Assembly: GCA_965225845.1 (NCBI GenBank)
Contig: CBDDBL010000001.1
Location: forward strand, 86,889 to 150,888
Direction of reading: 5' to 3'
DNA: 64,000 nt
From: Mucilaginibacter sp.
Lineage (GTDB): Bacteria; Bacteroidota; Bacteroidia; Sphingobacteriales; Sphingobacteriaceae
In this document: piece after piece, positions 29,240 through 39,007 of the stretch
Position numbering within the stretch: position 1 is the first letter of the stretch
Layout: each line of letters begins with the position of its first letter
Translations under genes and position numbers: made by a program
The notes under the pieces: model-generated
The model's input: only the letters and a program-made list of their open reading frames with translations
What the model was told of the DNA's origin: nothing
Databases searched by the model: none

Positions 29240-29644
29240 TTACAACAAAAGGTATGAATTCTTGATCATGCCGAAAAGCTCCGTCGTCAATTCAGTAAGT
29301 AGCGAAATCCGGGTACTGTTCTCGTACTTGCCTGCTTGAAAAGTACTTTTCATAATGATCGGCGATTCCGGCTTGGTTTTAGAATAAAATTTCAGGTCAA
29401 GTTGTTTTTGCATCGGCCTGATCACAAAAAAAGTGCGCTTGTGAACAAACACGATACAGTTTTTACTAGTGCTGATCAGCACATTATCCCAACCAGCAAC
29501 CTCGGCTAATATTTTGTCAAAAACCAATTCCAATTCAGCCGGCCGTCCCTCAAACAAACTATCCAAACTTACCTTAACACAATTGTGAAACTGGTTAACG
29601 TTCCTAAGCTCACGTTCGCATTTGGGGCATATCCAGCTCATCAA
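29240..29644 (-). CDS. DUF5655-like protein with an N-terminal CxxC knuckle
   Basis: WICPKCER...NQFHNC; HKRTFFVIRP. Confidence 0.75.
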   Translation of the reverse strand: MMSWICPKCERELRNVNQFHNCVKVSLDSLFEGRPAELELVFDKILAEVAGWDNVLISTSKNCIVFVHKRTFFVIRPMQKQLDLKFYSKTKPESPIIMKSTFQAGKYENSTRISLLTELTTELFGMIKNSYLLL

Positions 29645-29661
29645 CTAAATATACTGATTTG

Positions 29662-30681
29662 TTATTTCTTTCCCGGCTTTGCAATCGTATCCGGCGTTTC
29701 AAACTCCTCATCCACACTTTGGCGCAAATCATACAGCAGCCATTGCTTTTTGGCAACTTCCGGCGCTTTTTGTTTCAGCAGGGCGATAAAATCATTCACG
29801 CCAACAGGTTCATTGCCATTACCATGAATCAGCACAATACTGCCCGACTGCGGCGCTTGTCCTTTAGCCAGCCAGGCATCCGTGCCTATCGGTATCAACC
29901 CAAAATCAGTGATCTTATACACCAGTTGCTGGTCCGATACCAACCCCGGGAACCGGAAAAATACAGACGGCAGCAGGCCGTTTTTCAGCATGGCTTTTTC
30001 GGTTTCGAGTACTTCGTAATTAATATCAGTACCGGGCTCCAATAAAAAGTTTTCCTTTAAAGGCGCTTTTAGGCTTACGCGATGGTTAAAGGAATGATTG
30101 ATCCAGGTAACATAGATCTCGTTGTTGGCCTGCAATTGCTTCAGCCACTGCAGATCCTCCTGGTGATCGCGCATCCATATGCCGGTTATAGAAAGGGCAA
30201 CCGGGACAGGTGTTTCCACCTTTTTAAATTCAGCTATGATATCGGTAAATATGCGGCGGTCCAGCGGTTTATGTGAGGGACAAAGATCGGCCGTTAAACT
30301 AATCCCTGTTTCTTTCGGCATACCGCTTTCAATTCCGGCATCCTGTATCATAACGGATGCTTTTTCAGCTTTCTTAAGCGCATCCTGGTAAGGAGAAGTA
30401 CTAAAGAATGCGCGCGCCTGGGCAATGCTCATTTCTTTGATTTGGTAGAAGTTGCTTTCGTCTACCCGGGTATCAAGCGTTTGCGGGTTAACTAATAAAA
30501 GATAATGTTTGCCGTAGTTATCAAACTTGCGCAATATCATCCATTCCTGCGGAAAGTGGCGGGCGTAACCGTAACAAACCTGGTAGTTCTCTATTTTAGT
30601 ATAATTGGCCTGTGCATTAGCCATTTTACTAATGGCGGATATTATTAATAAGAATAATAAGCTGAGTAATATTTTTTTCAT
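29662..30681 (-). CDS. Polysaccharide deacetylase (NodB-like) family exported protein
   Basis: Signal peptide; LTADLC, NHSFNH, FFRFPGL, IVLIHGNG. Confidence 0.85.
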   Translation of the reverse strand: MKKILLSLLFLLIISAISKMANAQANYTKIENYQVCYGYARHFPQEWMILRKFDNYGKHYLLLVNPQTLDTRVDESNFYQIKEMSIAQARAFFSTSPYQDALKKAEKASVMIQDAGIESGMPKETGISLTADLCPSHKPLDRRIFTDIIAEFKKVETPVPVALSITGIWMRDHQEDLQWLKQLQANNEIYVTWINHSFNHRVSLKAPLKENFLLEPGTDINYEVLETEKAMLKNGLLPSVFFRFPGLVSDQQLVYKITDFGLIPIGTDAWLAKGQAPQSGSIVLIHGNGNEPVGVNDFIALLKQKAPEVAKKQWLLYDLRQSVDEEFETPDTIAKPGKK

Positions 30682-30770
30682 ACTTGGATGTAAATAAAAT
30701 CAATCATAAAAATGTTTTAGATGTTTTAAAGTATTAATGATATTTACGGAAGTAAAAGTATACATTCAAT

Positions 30771-31490
30771 ATGACCCGATTATCCGTCAACATAAATAAA
30801 ATCGCCACGCTGCGTAATTCGCGCGGAGGCAATAACCCCGACCTGATCCAAGTGGCAAAGGATTGTGAGCGGTTTGGTGCACAAGGCATAACTGTACACC
30901 CCCGCCCGGATGAAAGACATATCCGCTATGCGGATGTGGTTAACCTGAAAAAGATCGTAACAACGGAGTTTAATATTGAAGGAAATTGCCAGGAGCAAAA
31001 ATTTATTGACCTGGTGCTGGCCAACAAGCCTGCGCAGGTTACGCTAGTGCCTGATATTTTGGGTCAAATCACATCCAACCACGGCTGGGATACCATCACC
31101 AACCAGGCTTACCTGAAATATACCATCGCCATTTTTAAAGCCGCGGGTATACGGGTTTCTATTTTTGTTGACCCGGTACCCGAAATGGTTGCCGCCGCTG
31201 CCACCACCGGCACCGACCGTATTGAACTTTATACCGAAGGCTACGCCACCAACTTCCCCAAAGGAAAAGAGGCGGCAATAGCGCCTTATGTTGAAGCGGC
31301 TAAAGTTGCGCAACAATACGGTTTAGGTATCAACGCGGGCCACGACCTTGACCTGCACAATCTAAAATATTTTGTTGAAAATGTTCCCGGCCTGGATGAA
31401 GTAAGTATAGGGCATGCCTTAATAAGCGATGCTTTATATTTCGGGCTGGAGAATACGATACAAATGTATTTGCGGGCTTGCGCCGTTTAA
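30771..31490 (+). CDS. pdxJ: Pyridoxine 5'-phosphate synthase
   Basis: [40 protein letters not shown]. Confidence 0.98.
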   Translation: MTRLSVNINKIATLRNSRGGNNPDLIQVAKDCERFGAQGITVHPRPDERHIRYADVVNLKKIVTTEFNIEGNCQEQKFIDLVLANKPAQVTLVPDILGQITSNHGWDTITNQAYLKYTIAIFKAAGIRVSIFVDPVPEMVAAAATTGTDRIELYTEGYATNFPKGKEAAIAPYVEAAKVAQQYGLGINAGHDLDLHNLKYFVENVPGLDEVSIGHALISDALYFGLENTIQMYLRACAV

Positions 31491-31566
31491 AAATTTATTG
31501 ACAGCTTCGGGTTGTAAATCCATTGTCAATATACAGTTAGCTAATTGTTACTCATGCGGAAAGTTG

Positions 31567-31574
31567 TACCTTTG
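31567..31574 (+). promoter_or_regulatory. Housekeeping -7 box of gcvP
   Basis: TACCTTTG, 29 nt before ATG 31604. Confidence 0.65.
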
Positions 31575-31603
31575 CGTCAATTTTAATTGCCCGCTAATTC
31601 CAC

Positions 31604-34513
31604 ATGAAGCTGAACATCGATTACCAGGAGAAATTCCAGTCGCGACATATAGCCCCGAACGAGGCTGATACCGCTAAAATGCTAAAAACCATCGGCGTTA
31701 GTTCGCTTGATGAATTAATTGATCAAACTGTTCCTGCGGGAATCAGGCTTAAAAATCCGCTTAATTTACCCGATGCAAAAAGCGAGTTTGATTACCTGAA
31801 AACGCTGAAGCAAACCGCCTCAAAAAACAAGGTTTTCAAATCATTTATCGGCCAGGGTTATTACGATGTTATCGTGCCGGGCGTAATTCAGCGTAACATA
31901 CTTGAAAATCCCGGATGGTATACGCAATATACGCCGTACCAGGCCGAAATTGCACAAGGCCGTTTACAGGCCTTGTTAAACTTCCAAACCATGGTTATCG
32001 ACCTTACCGGTATGGAAATTGCCAATGCATCCTTATTAGACGAAGGTACCGCTGCTGCCGAGGCCATGTTTATGCAATACAGCTTGCGTAAAAATCAGCA
32101 GGCGAACACATTCTTCGTTTCGCAGGAATTGTTCCCGCAAACTATTGATATTTTAAAAACCCGTTCAGAGCCTTATGGCATAGAGTTGCAAATAGGCGAC
32201 CACAAAACGGTCGAGCTAACCGAAAACATGTTCGGCGCCATCGTACAATATCCGGCAGGTGATGGCGAAGTTTATAACTATAAAGATTTCGCTGCCAGTG
32301 CACATGAAAAAGGCATTAAGCTAACCGTTGTTGCTGATTTGATGAGCCTGGTGCTGTTAACGCCTCCAGGCGAATGGGGTGCCGATATTGTAGTTGGCAA
32401 TACCCAGCGTTTTGGCGTGCCGATGGGCTTTGGTGGCCCGCATGCGGCATTTTTCGCTACTAAGGAAGAATATAAGCGCTCTTTACCGGGTCGTATCATC
32501 GGTGTAACTATTGATAGCGCGGGTGATTATGCTTTGCGTATGGCTTTGCAAACCCGCGAGCAACACATCCGCAGGGATAAAGCAACCTCAAACATTTGTA
32601 CCGCGCAGGCATTATTGGCTATTATGGCTGGCATGTATGCCGTTTACCATGGTCCGCAAGGGTTGAAACTGATCGCTGAGCGCATCCACGGTTTAACTGT
32701 TTTGCTGGCTGATTCATTAAATGAGTTAGGTTATAAACAATTAAATGAGTCTTATTTCGATACGATCAAATTTGATCTTGGTGTTTTAGCAGGACCATTG
32801 CATGGTGAAGCTTTGAATAACGAAATAAACCTGAACTATAAAGGTTCAGAAGTTACTATTTCTGTTGACGAAACTACTTCACCTGAAGATATTAAAACCA
32901 TAGTTCGCTTTTTTGCCAAGGTTAAAGGCAAAAGCTTAAATGATGTGAACTTTGACGAGCTGAAAGGTAATATACAAACCGTTATACCTTCTGAATTACA
33001 GCGTACATCTACATATTTAACACATAAACTCTTCAATACGCATCATTCAGAACATGAAATGCTGCGATATATCAAATCATTAGAAGCAAGGGATCTTTCG
33101 CTCTGCCACTCGATGATCGCTTTAGGTTCATGTACCATGAAGTTGAACGCGACTACTGAAATGGTACCGGTTACCTGGGCGGAGTTCAGCAAGATGCACC
33201 CCTTTGCGCCAGCCGACCAAACCGGCGGTTACATGCAGCTATTTGATGAACTGAATAAATGGTTAAGCGAAATTACCGGCTTTGCATCGATGAGTTTACA
33301 ACCGAACTCGGGCGCACAAGGTGAATACGCAGGCTTAATGGTGATCCGCGCTTATCACGAGGATAGGGGCGATTTTCACCGTAACATCGCGTTGATCCCA
33401 TCATCGGCACACGGTACCAACCCGGCATCCGGCGCTATGGCAGGGATGAAGATCGTAGTGGTGAAATGCGATGATAATGGAAACATTGACGTTGCCGACC
33501 TGAAAGCTAAAGCCGAGCAATATAACAATGAGTTATCATGTTTAATGGTTACTTATCCATCAACACATGGTGTTTTTGAGGAGTCGATCATTGAGATCTG
33601 TGAGATCATCCACCAAAACGGCGGACAGGTTTACATGGACGGCGCTAACATGAACGCGCAGGTGGGCTTAACCAGTCCGGCTAATATTGGCGCCGACGTT
33701 TGCCACCTCAATTTACATAAAACTTTTTGCATCCCGCACGGTGGTGGTGGCCCGGGTATGGGCCCGATTGGTGTGGCTAAACATCTGGTACCATTTTTAC
33801 CGGGACATGCAGTGGTTGACATCGACAAAGGAAAATCCATCCACGCGGTGTCATCGGCCCCATGGGGATCAGCGTCTATATTGATCATTTCACATGCTTA
33901 CATCGCTATGATGGGCGGCGATGGCTTAACGAATGCTACCCGTTATGCCATCTTAAATGCCAATTATATTAAAGCCCGTTTGCATCACCATTACCCGGTA
34001 TTATATACCGGCTCACATGGTCGTTGCGCACACGAAATGATACTGGATTGCCGCGCGTTTAAAAACTTCGGCATCGAGGTTACAGATATAGCTAAGCGTT
34101 TAATGGATTATGGTTTCCACGCGCCTACTGTTTCTTTCCCGGTTGCGGGTACGGTAATGGTTGAGCCCACAGAATCAGAGCCTAAGCACGAGCTTGACCG
34201 CTTTTGTGATGCGATGATCTCAATCCGCCATGAAATTGATGATGTTGAAAAAGGCTTATCCGATAAAGTAAATAACCCGTTGAAGAATTCACCGCACACC
34301 GCGGCTGTAATTACCGCCAACGAGTGGGAGCATCCGTATACCCGCCAAAAAGCAGCATTTCCGCTGCCTTACGTAGTAGAGTACAAATTCTGGCCATCGG
34401 TGGGTCGTGTAAACGATACTTACGGCGACCGGACGCTGATCTGTTCATGCCCGCCGCTAAGTGATTACGAGTTTGAAGAAAGCGAAGTAACCACCCCGGA
34501 ATACGGAACGTGA
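31604..34513 (+). CDS. gcvP: Glycine dehydrogenase (decarboxylating), glycine cleavage P protein
   Basis: [50 protein letters not shown] (PLP lysine), EPTESE. Confidence 0.99.
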   Translation: MKLNIDYQEKFQSRHIAPNEADTAKMLKTIGVSSLDELIDQTVPAGIRLKNPLNLPDAKSEFDYLKTLKQTASKNKVFKSFIGQGYYDVIVPGVIQRNILENPGWYTQYTPYQAEIAQGRLQALLNFQTMVIDLTGMEIANASLLDEGTAAAEAMFMQYSLRKNQQANTFFVSQELFPQTIDILKTRSEPYGIELQIGDHKTVELTENMFGAIVQYPAGDGEVYNYKDFAASAHEKGIKLTVVADLMSLVLLTPPGEWGADIVVGNTQRFGVPMGFGGPHAAFFATKEEYKRSLPGRIIGVTIDSAGDYALRMALQTREQHIRRDKATSNICTAQALLAIMAGMYAVYHGPQGLKLIAERIHGLTVLLADSLNELGYKQLNESYFDTIKFDLGVLAGPLHGEALNNEINLNYKGSEVTISVDETTSPEDIKTIVRFFAKVKGKSLNDVNFDELKGNIQTVIPSELQRTSTYLTHKLFNTHHSEHEMLRYIKSLEARDLSLCHSMIALGSCTMKLNATTEMVPVTWAEFSKMHPFAPADQTGGYMQLFDELNKWLSEITGFASMSLQPNSGAQGEYAGLMVIRAYHEDRGDFHRNIALIPSSAHGTNPASGAMAGMKIVVVKCDDNGNIDVADLKAKAEQYNNELSCLMVTYPSTHGVFEESIIEICEIIHQNGGQVYMDGANMNAQVGLTSPANIGADVCHLNLHKTFCIPHGGGGPGMGPIGVAKHLVPFLPGHAVVDIDKGKSIHAVSSAPWGSASILIISHAYIAMMGGDGLTNATRYAILNANYIKARLHHHYPVLYTGSHGRCAHEMILDCRAFKNFGIEVTDIAKRLMDYGFHAPTVSFPVAGTVMVEPTESEPKHELDRFCDAMISIRHEIDDVEKGLSDKVNNPLKNSPHTAAVITANEWEHPYTRQKAAFPLPYVVEYKFWPSVGRVNDTYGDRTLICSCPPLSDYEFEESEVTTPEYGT

Positions 34514-34518
34514 TTTTA

Positions 34519-34638
34519 ATTTGCAAATGCGTGAATATGCACATATGCAAATAACTTTGAATTAACCTGATATGCAGATGCGTGGCTATATAGTATAGTC
34601 AAACATCTGCATATTGCATATACGCACAATTTCACATC
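34519..34638. repeat. Octamer AT(A/G/T)TGCA(A/G/C) arrays in inverted arrangement
   Basis: Forward units at 34519-34550 and 34570-34585; reverse-complement units (CTGCATAT, TGCATAT...) at 34607-34638. Confidence 0.65.
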
Positions 34639-34643
34639 AAAAT

Positions 34644-34955
34644 ATGATAGCGGAAACTCCTCAACCCCATATTATGCCGTAATCTTTACCTCATTTAGAA
34701 CGGAAGGCGATAATGGTTACGAAACCATGTCTGAATAGATGGTGAAGCTAGCCAAACAACAGGAAGGTTACTTAGGAATTGAATCTGCGCGGAACGAGAT
34801 CGGGATAACCGTATCCTATTGGCAATCCTTAAAAGCTGTTTAAAATATGGAAGGCAAATACCGACCATTTATTTGCGCAAAAGCATGGCCGGGAGCAATG
34901 GTATGAGCATTACAAAGTGCGAATTTGCCAAGTTGAGCGCGACTACGAATTTTAA
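34644..34955 (+). pseudogene. Antibiotic-biosynthesis-monooxygenase (ABM) family pseudogene
   Basis: Reconstructs as MIAETPQP(P)YYAVIFTSFRTEGDNGYETMSE*MVKLAKQQEGYLGIESARNEIGITVSYWQSLKAV/KIWKANTDHLFAQKHGREQWYEHYKVRICQVERDYEF. Lesions: a frameshift near 34668, an in-frame TAG at 34736-34738, and a second frameshift near 34841. Confidence 0.85.
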
Positions 34956-35095
34956 CTGTTGCGAAATACTGTTCGCAGGAATTTTTATAGCTAAATTTAT
35001 TTTCGATTAAAAAAACAATAACTATAAATTACAACTTATAAGAATATAACCTTTTTTTAGCAGCCCCCGTATAAGGAAGACGAACACGAACACTC

Positions 35096-35515
35096 ATGAA
35101 CAATATTAATCAGGCAGTAAGCATTTTGTTGGTTGACGATGATGAAATTAACAACTTCATTTCCATCAAGTTGATAAAAAAAGCGTTGTTAACTACCGAG
35201 ATCATGGCTTGCCTTAACGGTAAATTTGCCATTGATCAGCTGGTAGAGATCCAACGCAAGGACCCGAGTAAACTTCCCGACTATATTTTGTTAGACATTA
35301 ACATGCCGATAATGAACGGATGGGAGTTTTTAGATGAGTACAAACGCCTGAACATTGATCCATTGGGTAAGAGCAAAATCTTTATTATATCATCATCAGT
35401 TTTTAGCAACGACATTAATAAAGCAAGATCATACCCGCTTGTGCACAGCTTTATTTCGAAACCATTAAGCGTTGAGAAAATAAAAGAATTGTTTGAGTCG
35501 GATAAAGCTTTTTAA
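35096..35515 (+). CDS. Single-domain response regulator (receiver only)
   Basis: ILLVDDD, LLDINMPIMNGWEF, IISSS, FISKPL. Confidence 0.95.
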   Translation: MNNINQAVSILLVDDDEINNFISIKLIKKALLTTEIMACLNGKFAIDQLVEIQRKDPSKLPDYILLDINMPIMNGWEFLDEYKRLNIDPLGKSKIFIISSSVFSNDINKARSYPLVHSFISKPLSVEKIKELFESDKAF

Positions 35516-36282
35516 GCCTGACTTACGGTAAAATGCTCGTCTGCATATTTAACCTTCCCCTCGGTTATTGATTTTGCGTGATAAAATAAACAAGTCCAGT
35601 TTTCAGCAGCTGCAATTTTTCCATAATCTTCGCGTAACTGCATCGCCTTACGGCCATCATAATCATATTTTGCAATAAACTTCCGGATCAATTGTTCAGG
35701 CTCAGGTAGCTCATCGCCACCAAAAAATACTTTTTCATCGCCATCCTCAATCCACAATACCTGGTGATAAGGGCAATGCCCGCCTGATAATTCATACCGG
35801 ATGCCGGGTTTTAATTCACCGGAACCATTCAAAAAATGAATATCTATTTTGCCTTGCAGCGCTTCGAAGATCTCTTGGTGATAAGATGATGTTTTACCGC
35901 TAATGGCAAAATCCCATTCCTGTTCTTGTATCACATGTGTAGCCAATGGAAAGCTTGGCTCTAATTTGCCGTTTCGCTCTACCACTAACCCGCCGGAATG
36001 GTCGTAATGCAGGTGCGACATCAAAACAAGGGTAACATCCTCCGGGTCAAAGCCCGCGTTACGGATATGCTGGTGCAGGTAAAGTTCGTCACGGGTATCT
36101 TTAAAGCCTAAACCTGTGTCTAATAGTATCAGGTCGGTGCCGGTTTTAACCAGGAAAGGATTTACATGGATGAATAAAGATGCCGGGCGGTCTTTAGGGT
36201 TATCGGTTTGAGGATCAAAGGGAACAAACTTTTTTGATGCATCAACTGAATACGAGCCTTCGCCGAGAGTGAAAATTTGCAT
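35512..36282 (-). CDS. MBL-fold metallo-hydrolase
   Basis: LLDTG, SHLHYDHSGG (HxHxDH), GGHCPYH, GGDE, FYH. Confidence 0.93.
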   Translation of the reverse strand: MQIFTLGEGSYSVDASKKFVPFDPQTDNPKDRPASLFIHVNPFLVKTGTDLILLDTGLGFKDTRDELYLHQHIRNAGFDPEDVTLVLMSHLHYDHSGGLVVERNGKLEPSFPLATHVIQEQEWDFAISGKTSSYHQEIFEALQGKIDIHFLNGSGELKPGIRYELSGGHCPYHQVLWIEDGDEKVFFGGDELPEPEQLIRKFIAKYDYDGRKAMQLREDYGKIAAAENWTCLFYHAKSITEGKVKYADEHFTVSQA

Positions 36283-36294
36283 AGTACTATTATA

Positions 36295-36439
36295 ATTTGC
36301 AGATGTGCAAATATGCAGATAATGATTTCATATGATATAAGGATGATTTTCAAATTATTACATTCGTAATTAACCTGCACATTTGCACACTTGCATATTT
36401 GCACATCAAAAACATCTGCACATCAGCATATCTGCACAT
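36295..36439. repeat. Inverted octamer arrays between the divergent MBL and recJ genes
   Basis: Three forward units at 36295-36318 (ATTTGCAG ATGTGCAA ATATGCAG); seven reverse units at 36375-36406 and 36416-36439 (CTGCACAT, TTGCACAC, TTGCATAT...). Confidence 0.8.
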
Positions 36440-36478
36440 CAAAAAATCGTTATATTTACTGTTTAAAGCAACAAAGAT

Positions 36479-38176
36479 ATGCAAAAACGGTGGTGGATAA
36501 AGGAGAATGCAGACGAGGGAACTATAGCCCAGTTAGCCACCGCATTAACTATCGACCCGGTTTTGAGCAAGCTACTGATCCAGCGCGGCATAGATAATTT
36601 TGAGGATGCCCGCTACTTCTTCAGGCCCGACCACCGCCACCTGCATGATCCATTCCTGATGAAGGATATGGAGAAAGCTATTGAACGAATTGAAGAGGCG
36701 CTTAAAGCCAATGAAAAAGTGTTAATATACGGTGATTACGATGTGGATGGAACCACCGCGGTATCTGTTGTTTATGGTTTCTTTAAAAAATATCACCGCT
36801 ATTTAGAGTATTATATCCCTGATCGTTACAAGGAAGGCTACGGCATATCAACCCAGGGAATTGATTATGCTGCTGAGCATGGTTATACGCTCATCATCGC
36901 GTTAGATTGCGGCATCAAATCAGTTGATAAGATCGCTTATGCCAATGAACTGGGTATCGATTTTATTATTTGCGATCACCACACTCCCGGGGATACAATC
37001 CCGGATGCAGTTGCCGTGCTAGATCCCAAGCGTGCGGATTGCGGATATCCTTACAAAGAATTATCAGGTTGCGGAATCGGCTTTAAGCTGATCCAGGCGT
37101 TTGCCGAAAAAAATGAGATCCCTTTTGAAGAAGTTAGCTGTTATTTTGATTTGGTAGCGATAAGCATCGCCTGTGATATTGTACACATTACCGGCGAGAA
37201 CCGTGTACTTGCTTATTATGGCTTACATAAACTGAATAACAACCCCTGCATTGGTGTAAAAACGCTGATGGAGGTCTCGGGCAAGACCACAAATTATACC
37301 ATATCCGATATTGTGTTTTCATTAGGTCCACGCATAAATGCCGCCGGGCGTATCGATGACGCCAAGCACTCCGTTGAGTTGCTGAGTGCCTGTACAGAGG
37401 AACAAGCCAAAATAAAAAGTGACCTCATCAATATTAAAAACACCGAGCGTAAAGGCCATGATCTGTCGATGACGGATGAGGCTTTGACAATGATTGACAG
37501 TGATGCGGTACTGATGGGCCGAAAATCAACTGTGGTTTTTAATGAGAATTGGCATAAAGGTGTAATCGGTATTGTAGCATCAAGGTTAACAGAAAAATAC
37601 TACCGCCCTACGGTTGTACTTACCCGGTCTAACGGGCATGTGGCAGGCTCGGCGCGCTCGGTTTTGGGTTATGACCTATATGAAGCCTTGTGCGGCTGCA
37701 GTGATTTGCTTACCCAGTTTGGCGGGCATAAATACGCGGCAGGATTAACTATGCCACCGGAAAATGTTGCTGCTTTTATTGATAAGTTTGAGGAAGTGGT
37801 TAGCGCCAGTATTACCGAAGAACAACTGATCCAGCAAATAGCCATTGATGCCGAGTTGGAGCTTAAACAGATCCAGCCGAAATTCTTCCGGATATTAAAC
37901 CAGTTCGCGCCTTTTGGGCCCGAGAACATGGCGCCGGTTTTCATAAGCAAAAATGTGTATGTTAGTGGCTACCCGGCACTGGTCGGCGAAAAACATTTAA
38001 AAATGTCGGTAGTGCAAAACGGATCGCAACTATTTGATTGTATTGCATTTAGCCAGGGCGAATATCTCGACAAAATAAAGAAAGACAAACCTTTTGATAT
38101 TTGTTACACAATAGAAGAAAATATTTGGCGCGATAAGCGTTCTATACAATTAAATATTAAAGGTATACGTGCGTAA
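36479..38176 (+). CDS. recJ: Single-stranded-DNA-specific exonuclease RecJ
   Basis: YGDYDVDG, YIPDRYKEGYG, DCG, CDHH (DHH), PRINAAGR, GSARS, FGGHKYAAG, PFGPEN. Confidence 0.98.
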   Translation: MQKRWWIKENADEGTIAQLATALTIDPVLSKLLIQRGIDNFEDARYFFRPDHRHLHDPFLMKDMEKAIERIEEALKANEKVLIYGDYDVDGTTAVSVVYGFFKKYHRYLEYYIPDRYKEGYGISTQGIDYAAEHGYTLIIALDCGIKSVDKIAYANELGIDFIICDHHTPGDTIPDAVAVLDPKRADCGYPYKELSGCGIGFKLIQAFAEKNEIPFEEVSCYFDLVAISIACDIVHITGENRVLAYYGLHKLNNNPCIGVKTLMEVSGKTTNYTISDIVFSLGPRINAAGRIDDAKHSVELLSACTEEQAKIKSDLINIKNTERKGHDLSMTDEALTMIDSDAVLMGRKSTVVFNENWHKGVIGIVASRLTEKYYRPTVVLTRSNGHVAGSARSVLGYDLYEALCGCSDLLTQFGGHKYAAGLTMPPENVAAFIDKFEEVVSASITEEQLIQQIAIDAELELKQIQPKFFRILNQFAPFGPENMAPVFISKNVYVSGYPALVGEKHLKMSVVQNGSQLFDCIAFSQGEYLDKIKKDKPFDICYTIEENIWRDKRSIQLNIKGIRA

Positions 38177-38252
38177 ATCAAAAGTCAAAATTAAAAAGTC
38201 AAACTCATGGTGCGATTGACTTCATTTTTGAATTTTGATTTTAACTTTTGAA
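38177..38252. repeat. Inverted heptamer arrays between recJ and lptB
   Basis: ATCAAAA GTCAAAA TTAAAAA GTCAAAC (38177-38204), then TTTTTGA ATTTTGA TTTTAAC TTTTGAA (38225-38252). Confidence 0.75.
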
Positions 38253-38257
38253 TTAGA

Positions 38258-38998
38258 ATGAACCTAAGAGCAGATAATTTACTTAAAAAATATAAGCAGC
38301 GCACTGTGGTGAACGATGTGTCGTTCAACGTGTCGCAGGGCGAGATCGTGGGGTTGCTGGGGCCGAACGGCGCGGGTAAAACCACATCGTTTTACATGAT
38401 TGTTGGTTTGATAAAACCTAATGAGGGCAAGATATTTTTAGATGACCAGGACATCACCACCGACCCGATGTACCGCCGTGCTAAAAAAGGCATCGGTTAT
38501 TTGGCGCAGGAAGCCTCGGTTTTCAGGAAATTAACTGTTGAAGATAATATCAAAGCGGTTTTGGAAATGGGTGACATGACCAAAGAACGACAAAAGGAAA
38601 AGTTAGAGGAATTGATAGACGAATTCAGCTTACATAAAGTGCGCCGCAACCGTGGCGACCTGCTCTCGGGTGGTGAACGCCGCCGTACCGAAATAGCGCG
38701 CGCCCTTGCTGCAGAACCTAATTTTATTCTGCTGGATGAACCCTTTGCAGGGGTTGACCCGATTGCGGTTGAAGAGATCCAGGCAATGGTTGCCAAGCTA
38801 AGGCACCGCAACATCGGCATTTTGATCACCGACCACAACGTGCAGGAAACTTTGTCGATTACCGACAGGGCCTATTTGCTGTTCGAGGGAAAGATATTAG
38901 AATCGGGTGTACCCGAAGTACTTGCAGCTAATGAAATGGTGCGTAAGGTTTACCTGGGTGCCAACTTCGTGCTGAAAAGAAAAACATTCGCTCAATAA
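38258..38998 (+). CDS. lptB: LPS export ABC transporter ATP-binding protein
   Basis: [61 protein letters not shown]. Confidence 0.97.
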   Translation: MNLRADNLLKKYKQRTVVNDVSFNVSQGEIVGLLGPNGAGKTTSFYMIVGLIKPNEGKIFLDDQDITTDPMYRRAKKGIGYLAQEASVFRKLTVEDNIKAVLEMGDMTKERQKEKLEELIDEFSLHKVRRNRGDLLSGGERRRTEIARALAAEPNFILLDEPFAGVDPIAVEEIQAMVAKLRHRNIGILITDHNVQETLSITDRAYLLFEGKILESGVPEVLAANEMVRKVYLGANFVLKRKTFAQ

Positions 38999-39007
38999 AA
39001 TATCCCT

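Noticed and set aside
31491-31603. Glycine riboswitch upstream of gcvP
   Set aside because: Only 29 nt separate the -7 box from the ATG, and no GGAGA...GAAG aptamer core is visible.
34736-34738. In-frame TAG as pyrrolysine or stop-codon read-through
   Set aside because: The same gene carries two frameshifts, the other genes use standard stops, and no pyl machinery is visible.
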